Source: Paramecium tetraurelia
Taxonomy: Eukaryota
Direction of reading: 5' to 3'
NCBI GenBank assembly: GCA_000165425.1
Contig: CT867991.1
Span: 248,001-304,222 of the forward strand
Length of the DNA: 56,222 nt
Shown here: piece by piece, positions 13,501 to 25,175 of the stretch
Position numbering within the stretch: position 1 is the stretch's first letter
Layout of the letters: each line of letters opens with the position of its first letter
The notes under the pieces: generated by a model
The model's database searches: none
The model's input: the letters and a program-made list of their open reading frames with translations, nothing else
Told to the model about the DNA's origin: nothing
Translations under genes and position numbers: made by a program

Positions 13501-14094
13501 TAACCATTACCAAAATCTTCAATTCCATTTATGCCCACTAAATGTGATTGTAAAGAATAATAAAAGATTTATTTCATCAATTAAGATTTCTTTATTTTAG
13601 ACTTGATAGTGAAAACCTATAAAGTACAGAATTTGATAATAAATTAAAGGTGCCTTATGCTGAGTCATTTCAAGTTCTGGTTAGATACAAATGCACTTAA
13701 ACTGAGAAAGGAGTGAAGTTGGATTGTAGAGTTAGAAATGAATTCTTAAAAGCCATTCTGGTTAAAAAAGGTTCAAAATGACATAATTTTAGTTATTGAA
13801 AAAGCAAGTCAAGATGAGATTTCTGAAAAGACTAACTAAAAGATCTTTCCTGCCATTAGATAAGAGTTAAGCAATTATTTGAAAGGATCAAATAGCAATG
13901 ATAATGGTGAGGATAAGAGTGATACCAATGAATAGAAGGTGGAACAATAGAAGAGTAAAATAAAATAAAAGTTGAAATCTATGATTCCTTTTGTAAATGG
14001 TACAATAATAACTTGTCTAATCCTCATTGTTATTTATTTCTTATATGTGAGAGTATTGAGTAAGTTGACTATCAAAATAGAGTTTGATAAATGA
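10550..14094 (+). CDS. GRAM + VASt/StART-like sterol transfer protein (GRAMD1/Lam-like) with long helical N-terminus and C-terminal TM
   Basis: GRAM: FACALSEKIQLQGRLYITNKRLFFHSSFN..IFDNSISIFT..LFFATFFQRDIAYDLI (~12780-13070). VASt: VPYAESFQVLVRYKC..VKLDCRVRNEFLK (~13650-13770). Hydrophobic C-terminal helix IITCLILIVIYFLYVRVL. Confidence 0.85.
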
Positions 14095-14148
14095 TCAAAT
14101 ATATCAATGACAATAAATATATATTTTATTTCTTAACTGATAATTTAC

Positions 14149-16477
14149 ATGAACTCAAAACAATAACATATGACAGTATGTCCAGCACTACTGAAGGGTG
14201 ATGATTAACCAGACGACTTCCCACTTCGAACACAAAATGCTAATGTGCCCAAAATGCCCATTTAGAAAAAGATTATGCTTCAACCAAATAATGAAATCTT
14301 ATATGAGAGATTGAATTAAGAGGCGCAAATTTTTAAATAGAATAATTAAATGTTAAAAGATTATTACGATCAAGAAGAATTGCGTCCTTGTTCATTTACT
14401 CCTTAAACCTTAAATGACGGTTAAGAAAAAAGATCACTTTATTAATTTTTATTTGATTAACAGAATCATGTTCTTAAAATAGAATAAAAATTAGAGTAAA
14501 TCAAAATAAATGAAATGGAACGAGATTTATAACATCCCTATCATCCAAAAACCAATGAATTTCAATTCCAATCCAGAGATGAATCCATCCCCACTTATGA
14601 GAGACTATACAATTTAAACTAAAAGAAGCAAAATGAACCAAAGATGCAATAATCAGAATCAACCGTTGATTTCAAACCTGTAATTCAATAGAAATCCTCA
14701 AATATAGTTAGAACTTAAAAGGTTGAAGACATCCTTTACTAAGATGCTCAAAGGAGACAACAAAAACAATAAGAAGTATAAGATAAAAAGAATGCTCCAA
14801 AGGTTGTAACAGTAAATGTTAAATATACCTCAAATAATAGTGAGAAGATTGTAGCACAAAAGTTTATCAGAGAATTTGAGACTGTCATAGATTGGATCTT
14901 TGATTAGACAGGACAAGAGAGACCTTCTAATGTTTCTTTTTCAATTGATTATTTAAAACTAGGAGAAATACTGTAGCGATTAGATTTTCTTAATTTATTG
15001 TAAGCTAAGGACAGCAATGAAAGAGCTGTGGAATATGAGAATCTAAGGTTGTCAGAGGAAAGAGCTTTGTTATGTGAAATATGGACAGTGTTGAGAGGCG
15101 ATGAATTAGGAGGAATAAGCAAAAGAAATCTTTGTTTGTTTTTATTGACTTTGATTGGAATCACTGATTTCAAAATCAAGGAATTACCATCTGCTTAGAA
15201 TGAGGAATTACCAAACTATCAGAAATCAATATAACCTCAATAACATAAAATTGTAACTGCTCATCAACCTAATGATAAACCTAAGTTGGGAACTATCGAT
15301 AAAGATGGAAATATCATCTTTACAATTGAAGAGACAAAGAAGATCCAAAGACAATTTGATATTTTATATAGAAACAGATTAGGTTGCGAAGAACTCAAAA
15401 AAACAAACTGGAAAGATGAAAATCCTTATAAACCATAGATATTGCCTCATTCTAAATAATTAGCCTGTTAGTATAGAGAGAAATTGTTAGAGGAAACTGC
15501 TACCTTAATTGATAATTAATTGATCAAAGTCAATATTCCTGAAAATGGCTAGATTACTCATGCTGATCTATTAGTCTTATAGAAGAAAGCTGTCGAGTAT
15601 CATAAGGAACAGAAGAAACAGGAGATATTGTAATAATAATTAGATAAATGTCCATTCAAACCTCAATTACTGAATAATAATGAAGAGAGAAAGAGCTACT
15701 CCAAGAAGTAAGATAAACATTTATAACTATATTCATTGGCCAAACCAGCAAATTAGAAAAGAGATAGAACAACTGAAGAGATTGAATATGAAAGATAATT
15801 AGAGGAATGCACATTTTAACCTGGTTTATAAAATAAAGCTAGTTAATAATAAAAGTAGGATAATCATTATGTGAATAAGGATGTTGATAAAACTGTTTAA
15901 AGAATGAAATAGGCAAGGTAAAGAAGAGAAGAAGTATAAGGGATGTTAGAGAGAGGATATAAAAGTAATAAGAGCACTTAAAATTAACAATAATAGGTTT
16001 AAGCAAATTCATAGAAAAAGGATAGCAGAAGTGAATCATAAAATCAAATCAAATAGGCATCTCAATTATCCAGATAGAAAAGTATGTAATCAGAGGATTC
16101 TTAATAAACGAATACTTTCCAATCTTAGAATTTCCATATGGATGAATCTTAGCCAAAGGAAGAATAGAGCATTGTTAGAGCTGGTAGCTGTAATATTTCA
16201 ATATGATTAATAGAATAAGACGAGAGAATACCATTATTATTTGTGGATGTGAATCTGGGACCAAGCAAGACTGAAAGAATAGTAGTCTATGATGGGGATC
16301 AATCTTGTGATTTAGCAGCCAGATTTGCTCAAGAACATAGTAAGAATACTAATTAAATCATTAGATTTGGATGAATTTATGTAAGAAAAATTAAAGGAAT
16401 TGCTGGATTACTAAATAAGTGGATTACTAACAAAGATAGATGAAGAGGAAGGAGCATTAAGTGAAAATGATTAATGA
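14149..16477 (+). CDS. Conserved hypothetical protein with repeated C(T/S/P)FxP motifs and a C-terminal PLLFVDVNLG domain
   Basis: Long code-6 ORF with ECTFQP/KCPFKP/PCSFTP/DFKPVI motifs and a C-terminal PLLFVDVNLGPSKTERIVVYDGDQSCDLAARFAQEH. One intron near 16340-16364. Confidence 0.8.
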
Positions 16478-16498
16478 TATTTTATATATAAGTACTAA

Positions 16499-17372
16499 TC
16501 ATGATTAAATTTTCATTAAAAACTATCTGATTGGAGATATGATATGCAAGTCTATTAAAAAGGAGTTGTGTGTCATTCCTTCAAATAATTGTAAATGAAC
16601 AAATCCACTGCACTTACTCATCAATTAAATTGAATGTTAATAAGATATAAATTTATCATTGATACCATGGATAAAAAGAGTAGGAGAATACACTTTATGC
16701 ATTTTTTCAAGATTTCTAAAGCGTTCTTTAACTAATTTGGATACCCAATTGAAACTATTATCTTTAATAACATCGCAAAGAGATGTAAATGGACTCAATA
16801 GCACAAGAGCTTTAATTCTTTTGTATCTGATGCTCATTTCGACAGCAATACTGGTTCCTATGGATCTACCCATTATAATGATTTTAGATTCATGGACTTT
16901 GAGGTTGTTGATGAGATGGTCAATCAGGAGATATGCATCCTTGATTATAGTATCACTTGATGATTGACCATGGTAAATTCCATAACCTGGATATTCCATA
17001 CAGATGGAGGCCATCTTAATAGTATTATTGCGATACTTCCAATTCAGCAGCAAGTAAGAATGCAAGAGATTTGCACATTCCTATATCTTCGGCATTGGCA
17101 TGAAAGTAGACAATGATACCATTTCTGAGATTTTCTTCCAGTTGTAGAAGAGTAACTATTCGTTTGGTCTATCTATTTTGACTCAATTGTCTTGTTGACT
17201 CAGATTGATTGAGAGTGACTTTGATGGTGCCCTCGTATGTTTTGAGTTCGTTTTGTTGGATGAGGGAACGACTACGATGATATTGAAGTTCCTCTTCAAT
17301 GTAGTAGAGACCAGAGAGAGTGTAATCGTAACTAGGTTTAGGAGAGGGAAATATTAAATCGTTAAAATCCAT
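16499..17372 (-). CDS. Alpha/beta hydrolase, ABHD17/BEM46-like
   Basis: IVYFHANAEDIG, EYPGYG, GRSIG nucleophile, HGINDKFI (Asp) and GMTHN (His) give an intact catalytic triad. One 22 nt intron explains the frame change between the two track ORFs. Confidence 0.92.
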
Positions 17373-17386
17373 AATAAATATTAATT

Positions 17387-19742
17387 ATGAATCAAAGACC
17401 GATTCGACCATCGAGTGCCCAATAGAATGTGTCTCATATGAGTGATAAGAATGCCTCCTTTTTAAAGAAGTAAGAGAGTTAGATAATGAGTAGTCCATAT
17501 AAGCAAGGCAATCAATTGAACGTTTCATAATATAGAGTGAAGGAGAGCGAGAAATTGCTAGAAGACAACCAATAATTGAAGGTATAGCTCAATTAATTCA
17601 AAGATGAAAATATTAAATTAAGAACACGCAACACAAACTTAGAAGTATTATTGCCATGAATCATTTAGAAAGACCTTCAAAAATGTTAAAAGATAATAGA
17701 AGAAGTAGAAGCAACTGGTAACATGAAGAGGTTCTATGCAAAACCAAGCACTGATAATCAAATGATTTTAAGTTTAAAAAGCTAAGTAAAAGAATTGAGG
17801 CAAATGTTAGATCAAAGAGAATAAGAGATGGTCTAGCTCAAAAAGTCTGTTAAATTTACTAGACTTACTGAGATGGAAATTGAACGCAAACACTTTTAGG
17901 ATGAAACCTTAAGGATGAAATAGATCATTGAAGAATTGATTCAATAAAATCTCTATGCTCAATAAAAAGAGAAGGATTAATAAAAATTATAGGACATGGT
18001 GTAGCAAAGGGATAATCTCATCCAGTAGATGCAATAGGACATAGAATAACTAGAAATTGAGAATAAGAATTTATAGTCTCAATAATAGCAACTAATTATA
18101 GGATATTAAGATTTGGATTAGGAGTACGTTAAATTAGATCAGAGCATTTAAGCTAAATTAAAGTCTAAGGATAAGTAGATAAATGAACTCAAAAACAACT
18201 TAAAAAGAATGTAAGATTAAGTTGATAGAGAAAAAAAAATAATTTAACCAACAACAACAACAACAACAAAAGCCAATCATCCTGCATTATAAACTCATAA
18301 TAAATAACAAAAACGTATCTAGAGTGCAAAACCCTCTCTGTAAGTCACAAAACCAATTTAATAAGAAGAAATCTAGGATCTCATTCAAGAAATTAAATAT
18401 AAATTGATTGCTCTTTAGAAAAATTCACATCAAATCGACAACCTACTATTCAGTGAATCTTCTTAATAAACTACTATCTCTTAATTAACAGATAAGCTAA
18501 TTAATGATCCCTTTTATCTAGAAAGGATGGATGCTTAAAATTTAGCCAGATTCTTGGTTGAATCGCCTCAATAGAAATATCCCTACACTATGAATATGTA
18601 GATTTCTCAAGATAACGGATTGATTCGTGGATTATTTTTCAAGACTATAGGTTATTGGGCCTGCTATGATTAAGTTGAAACTAAAGTGATCGAAGCTAGT
18701 TTAGCAAAAGTGTTCTTTGGAACTTATTCTCAATTTGAAAAGTAAATGAGCAAGAAAACCTTCACCAAAACAGAATTTATAAATTAGATATCAAAGATAT
18801 TGCAAGGAAAATAAATAAGAGAATTGGAATTGACATATTTACTCTCTAAAGTAAGATACGATTACTAATTAGATTATTATAAAATCAAAGCATCTTAACA
18901 CCTTGAAGGGAGACTACTTTATCGAATACTTAAAACAACTACAATAAGTGAGAGCAGAAGATGATATAACCGTAGAAGATCTACAACAATACTACGATAA
19001 TAAGGAGTAACATATTTAAGTGATTTTAAGTGCTGAAAAAGGGTTCTTCTATTTTAAACAATAGCGAAGCAAGCAGGAATAAATGATTGCCCTCTTAGAG
19101 ACAAAAGAAGAGAAGTTAACAGATTAGGAAGGACTAAACGATGGCACTCCCTAGAAATCAGTTCAACAATATTTGATTAAGGGAGGACTTGTAAGAAGTC
19201 ATTCGGATCCAGATCCCTTACAAATGAAATTGATTGAGCAGGAGGAAGAAGAAGGAGAGGAGGAGGAACAGTATAATGAATAAAAGCAGAATGAAGGATA
19301 ATATGAATAGTATGATCAGTATGATCAGTATAATGAGACTGAATATGAGAATGATTTCTAACCTGATTTAAATGATGCTTAGATTGAAGATGAATATGGA
19401 ATACAAGAGGAAGAAGATGACGAATATAATATCAATGTAGATGGAGTATTTGAAGAGGATAACGACGATGAAAATGATCAATGGGAAAAAGTGGAAAATC
19501 ATAAAGGGAACTTCCCAGTTCGATAAGAGTATTAAACTATTTATTCATATTCCTAGTCGATAAATACCAAATAGTCGTCCTACTTCCAGCTATATCAATA
19601 AAGCAAATAGGAGTAATAGTGATATCAAAGCCAGTCTTTAATCTGAATTGCATCCCACAAAGGAAGTTAATGAGGAAGGTATTAAATGTAAATTAAAAAT
19701 TCTGTAGAATACCAGGAGGATCAATTCGAGGATGAAAATTGA
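17387..19742 (+). CDS. Coiled-coil protein with IQCE-like N-terminal region and acidic C-terminus
   Basis: EKLLEDNQQLKVQLNQFKDENIKLRTRNTNLE...LKKSVKFTRLTEMEIERKHFQDETLRMK resembles the IQCE N-terminal coiled coil. E/D/Y-rich tail; TGA at 19740-19742. Confidence 0.7.
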
Positions 19743-19768
19743 TAAATACAATTTATATAAATTATATT

Positions 19769-20250
19769 ATGAAACGAACAAAAGAAACATTTTTTAGAGA
19801 ACATCCAGACTGGTAATATAGATAAGGAGTGAGTGGTTTGAAGGAATTCGATGGCGAAGATTTATGTAATCACTTCATTCAATAAAAGAATATGATTCTC
19901 GTAATTAGCATAACAAAGAGCAACAAAAGTAATGGATATTCGATTAGATTGAGGAAAAGAAAAGAAGACAAGATTAAGAAAAGGCAGAGGAATAGGCATA
20001 TGCATAATAAACCTTAGAAATAAATAGATTTCGAGGAATGTTACAAGACAATTTTGCCTCAAGGAAAACTGATATGGGAGTTGCCACTAAATAAACGAAT
20101 TTATAATTGGTAATGCTTTGAATGCATTTCATATAGGCCAAGGAGAAGAAGGACAAAGAGGAGAGAGAGAAGTAGGAGAAGTTGGCAGCTGAACGTGCAG
20201 AGAGAGATTTATTACTATAGCGGGGTCGTAAATAGCCATATAACGGATGA
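19769..20250 (+). CDS. RIB43A: Short RIB43A ciliary microtubule inner protein
   Basis: GVSGLKEFDGEDL..SRNQHNKEQQKQWIFDQIEEKKRRQ is the RIB43A signature (SG.Q.F.GEDL). About 143 aa after two introns, comparable to the short ciliate isoform. Confidence 0.85.
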
Positions 20251-20264
20251 TTATTATTAATATA

Positions 20265-21316
20265 TCAAATGGTTGATCTTTGTAGGGAATTCAAGTATTC
20301 TACGTCATCTCCAATAATCTCCATAATTTCCTAAGCACTTTAATTGGGGAATAATTCCAACAATGTCGCAGCCACTTCTGGTCTGACTCTCAAGAGTTCA
20401 CACAACTCAACGACGATAGGATTAGTAGATCTATAGATGTGGGAATCAGGAATTTATTATTATTCTTGTAAAATTTAGGAAATATCTAAGGGGAATGGGA
20501 CAGGTGTTGATTCAGATAATGATTACACTGATTAGTAACCCAAACTCTAATCGACATATTTTCTTATGATATTTTCCTATTACAAGTCTGGTTTATCACC
20601 CTGAATATTTAAATAATTAAATACAATAGCTGTTATGATAATTGAAGGAGCCTATCCTGGATTCCTAATTTTTAACATAGCATGTTCATGGGTTCCTAGA
20701 TCTTCGCATTTCTCACATAAGTCAAAGTCTTAACATACTGCACACTAGATTATAATTTGAATAATTTACTTTGTATCTAATTCCTACAATGGGGAACATT
20801 TCGCAGCCATCGCAAGCCACTCTCTAGTGGACTATTTTTTTAGCATCGGTAACTTCAGCTTTGGTTGTATTGTTAATTGATAATGTTTCAATTTATTTTT
20901 AAACATCATCAGTTGCAATTGATAGTTTGACTTGCTTAGTAATTTCAGGAATTAGTTCCATAACTCTTTGGTTCACTATTTCCTTAATATGGTCTTTTCT
21001 GTTTTCTCTTCTATGACCTACTTATTCTTTCTTAAAACCACCTTATTTTGCTTGTTGTACATATCTAGAATAAGTGAATAAATAATTACATTGTGGCCAC
21101 TTGGTTGTTGAATTGGCATTCTCTAATAGTCTACAAGTCAGCATCACATGTGACATCAATCATATCTCCATCAAAGTCTTCATATTGGAATGTGAATAAA
21201 TTGGGGAGATTAGTTATCCTATAGGGAAGTCTTTTCAGTATTTTTTTCATGGTGAGTTTAGCCAGAGGTCTTCTGAATGTCCATGACTAATCGTTACATT
21301 TAACTTAAAGCTACAT
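20265..21316 (-). CDS. PB1 + ZZ zinc finger protein with C-terminal helical (UBA-like) domain; p62/NBR1-like
   Basis: PB1 OPCA motif FQYEDFDGDMIDVTCDADL; ZZ finger VHQRVACDGCEMFPIVGIRYK/CAVCQDFDLCEKCE..HEHAMLKI; C-terminal short helices ELCELLRVRPEVAATLLELFPNQSAQEIMEII. Confidence 0.85.
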
Positions 21317-21377
21317 TTGTATTATAAAATATTATTGTATTATGTTTAAATACTGGTGTGACTTATATAAATGCAAA

Positions 21378-24300
21378 TCAAATTAAAACTTTCTTATTAA
21401 TTATTATTTGTAATTAATAATCTATTGGGAACGTATCTGTACCTGATAATTTTATATTTACCAATTAAAATTACTATTCAAATTATGAAATAACTTACTT
21501 TCACAAAATATAATCTGACTCCCTTCTCATCCTCAGGATCATTGTAGAACACTATCAACTCTTATTTTTTCGCTCCCACATCTTGAACTGTGAATTTATA
21601 AGTATTTTTTAGATTCTTCAACTCAACTCTCTTGAAAACTTAAATGAATAAATACTCTTTCTAAATTGAATTTTGGAATGATAATCTCAATATGTTGTTT
21701 AGTAACAGAGAGGATATATCCATCTACTTCCACTGGATTAGCCTTCAAGAGCAAAGCTAAGAATAACTAGAATATAGTTATGAGACATACTTAATCACAT
21801 TAATCACTAACTCTTCTGGAATTCAATTTGCAATCATTGCAATGTTACATTATAGCTTTTAATTTATCCTTGGTTTCTCCAGTTTGATCAACTTCTTGTT
21901 ATTCAAGAGCAATCTGTAATCTTCTGTGTACTAGAACATCAGGATATCTTCTGATTGGGGATGTGAAGTGTGTATACACATCGAAATCTAAGGCATAGTG
22001 TCTCCATTCTATTTCTGGAGTATTATCAACAACAAAATATTGAGCTGCTTCCATTAATTTCAATAGACGGAACCCTAAAATCAATTTAATTTCTTCAGAT
22101 TCTATTTCACTCACCTTAGCCATAGTTAACTTTAAATTTTTAGATGTCGACACATCCAAATTTTTAGCCATTTCCTCTAATCCACACGCTTCCAATAGGT
22201 TTTGATAATACTCTAATTTTTCTGCTCTAGGAGATATGTGTTATCTAAGGACAGCTGTTTTAGTATCATATTCAATCAACTTCTTGCCCACAAATTAATT
22301 AGCCAATAACATCCATTCCTCCACCATAAATTGAGCTAGTCCTCTCTTTTCCTCAGTGTAACCAGTCGGAAATAAATCAGCATTAAGAATAAATCTTAAT
22401 TTGCTTTTTTCAAATGTTATTGATCCCTCTAATCTCTTTTCCCTTCTCTTTTGTGCAATATTATTCAACAATAACACCTTATCTTTCAATATCTTTTCAT
22501 CAAATCCTTCCGCAACGTTATACCTTTCTTCTCCTTAACTAAACTGCTCGATCTCACCATCGATGATTTGATTCACAATATCATAACTTAGCTATGCACA
22601 GCTTCTAATAACTGATTTGGCAGCTCTGAAACTATCCCATAACACTTCTCCTTCACTTGTAATCTTAAAGAACACAGAAAATGCTAATCTCTCAACATCT
22701 CTATTCAATGAACATAACTCTTCACAAAGAATCCTCGGTAACATTGGAATAACCTTATGAACTAAATAAACAGAAGTTGTTCTAAGTATTGCCTCCTTGT
22801 CTACTTCACTATTGGGAATGACAAAATGAGAGACATCGGCAATATGTACTCCAATCTCATAAATACCATTTCCTAAATTATTAATACTTAATGCATCATC
22901 CAAATCTCTGGCAGTCACAGGATCTATACTACAAATATATTCTTTTGTTAAGTCCATTCTATTGACTCTTTCTTTAGCTATTGAATCATGAGTAAATGCC
23001 TTCAATTCTTCCTTACACATCTCTGAAAAATCATTCTCATATACTGAATTCGCTGTTAATATAACCTCACATTCCACATCAATATTTCCCTGTACTCCTA
23101 CTTCTTTAATCAATTCAACAGTTGGGTATTTTTTATTTCTGGGCCATTATAAGTATTTCGCTGAAAAATATCTCTATGACACATAATCCATGAACTTCTA
23201 AACAGGTTCTTCATTATCCAATTCATAATTAAAAGTAAGTAGTTCTTTCACATTGAAGAATGGGATTCTTTTATTAACACACTTAAATGAAACATGATAA
23301 TTTTATTGCATATAGTTTATCAGTTCCTCCTTATTAGTTACTTATTTATCTTATTACTCATGTTTTTCATCGAAACATATCCTTCCAACTAAATGTCTTT
23401 ATTCAAATGGATTTTTCCTAATTCCAACAATTTTACCTGTAAGACTGGCCTTTTGTAATTTCTATATGCTAGTTATGGACACCTTCTTCTTAACAACGTA
23501 GATATCTGATACTTCTGAAACGTTGTCATCAATATTATCCTCTTGATTATCTATATCATCATTTTGCTCTTCTTTTTCATCATTCACTTACTTAACTTCC
23601 TTCTGTTATTCAACACTTATATTATTATGTATTGGAATTTACTCACTTATTACATCTTCTTCTAAGTCATTTTCAGATTCTTCTTATTGCTTTGATATTT
23701 TAGTAATTGTGAAAGCAACAAGAGATCCATGAAATGCTCTATTTGTATCAACAAAGGCTATTTTTTAGAACAATGATCTTACAATTAATATGTACTTTCT
23801 TCTTAAATATCGGACATTTAATAGCACTCTTTTCTCTAGTAAATTCGCTAGCCATAAAGATTCCTTCAAAAATCTCATTTTCAGCCTTTCCTTTTTCTAT
23901 TTGTTATTCAGTCCAATATTCTTCAAAATTTTAATACTTAGATTTTGTTTTATTGTTATTTCCCTTCGCTCCTTTATTCTTGAATCTTCTATCGTCATAA
24001 TTATCGTCATCATATATGCCGTATTCATTAAGTCCATAATCATCACTGCTCCTTCTCCGGTATTTCTATCTTTAATTTCCTTAATCCTTTTTATAATAAT
24101 GATCCTCAAATGAATTATTATTATCTGATCTATTTTAATCATTATTATTATTCCTTTATAAATTGAACTTTCTTTTATTGTATTTTTAATTCTATTCTGA
24201 TTAGTTTAATGTACTACTATAATTTTCTCCTCTTCTATCCTTTCTCACTTATGAATGATGAGGAGGTTCCCTATATTAATAATAATTTTGGCTTCTCTTT

Positions 24301-24871
24301 TCTTGTTAACTATAATTATTTCTCCTTTCCTCATGATTATTATTATTATCAACATTGGCCTCCTAATTTGTATTTTTCTCTTTTCCTTCTATATACGGAT
24401 AACAGAATGGTTGATCATTATCATTAGAATTTTTTCTTTGTGGATTTTAAAACCCTTAATTAGGCCCTTATTACCAATTTGAATAGCCTTAATTATTTTG
24501 GCTGTATTTTCTATTGCTTTTTCTTTCTTAAAAATCATTAGTTTATTAATGGCTTTATTATTATAATTAACCTTATTCTCTTGAGTTCTGGTATTACTAC
24601 TTGTATTGTCTTTATTTTTGATTATAATTTTGCTATTAATCATAATTTTATTGTCTGTAATATTCTGTTTATTTCTGTTCACTATCTTCATATTTATCTG
24701 TATTGTAATTTGTATATCCTTGATTTGCTTACTAATCTCTAAGATTTTATGATTATTAATTATAATCCCTTCTTACATTATCCCTCTTCTAAAAATTATA
24801 AATACTAATACATTAGGTTCTTCCTTAATTTCCTACACTTATTATTTGTAAAAACCACCTTCCCAGTTCAT
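21378..24871 (-). CDS. DIS3L2: DIS3L2-like RNase II/RNB 3'-5' exoribonuclease with long low-complexity N-terminus
   Basis: SIDPVTARDLDDAL (intact catalytic Asp), GVHIADVSHFV, RTTSVYL..MLP, VEEWMLLAN, HYAL..YTHFTSPIRRYPDVLVHR. No PIN domain; the N-terminal ~330 aa are Q/N/R/K-rich. Confidence 0.92.
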
Positions 24872-25175
24872 TAGAATATTTTTAATTAAAGAATTAATAT
24901 CTAATTTCTATCTACTTATAAATAAATTACAAAATATAATTTATATCAATAATTTTTAATTATTAATGCAGAAATATTGTGCATTTAAATTTATTTAAAG
25001 TATCGTAGTTCTTTTTGATAACCAACAACTCTTTTACTTAAAATGGCTGAAAAGTAATCTATATCTATATATCTAAAGTAATTAAAATTCGATTATAAAA
25101 TGATTGAACTACTGATTTTGGTTTATATTAATTTATGCAAGAGTGGATATAGAGTATCTTATTATTAATAATATA

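Noticed and set aside
23734..24691. Cluster of overlapping I/K/N-rich ORFs on both strands
   Set aside because: Off-frame or antisense artefacts of the low-complexity DIS3L2 N-terminus read in the standard code.
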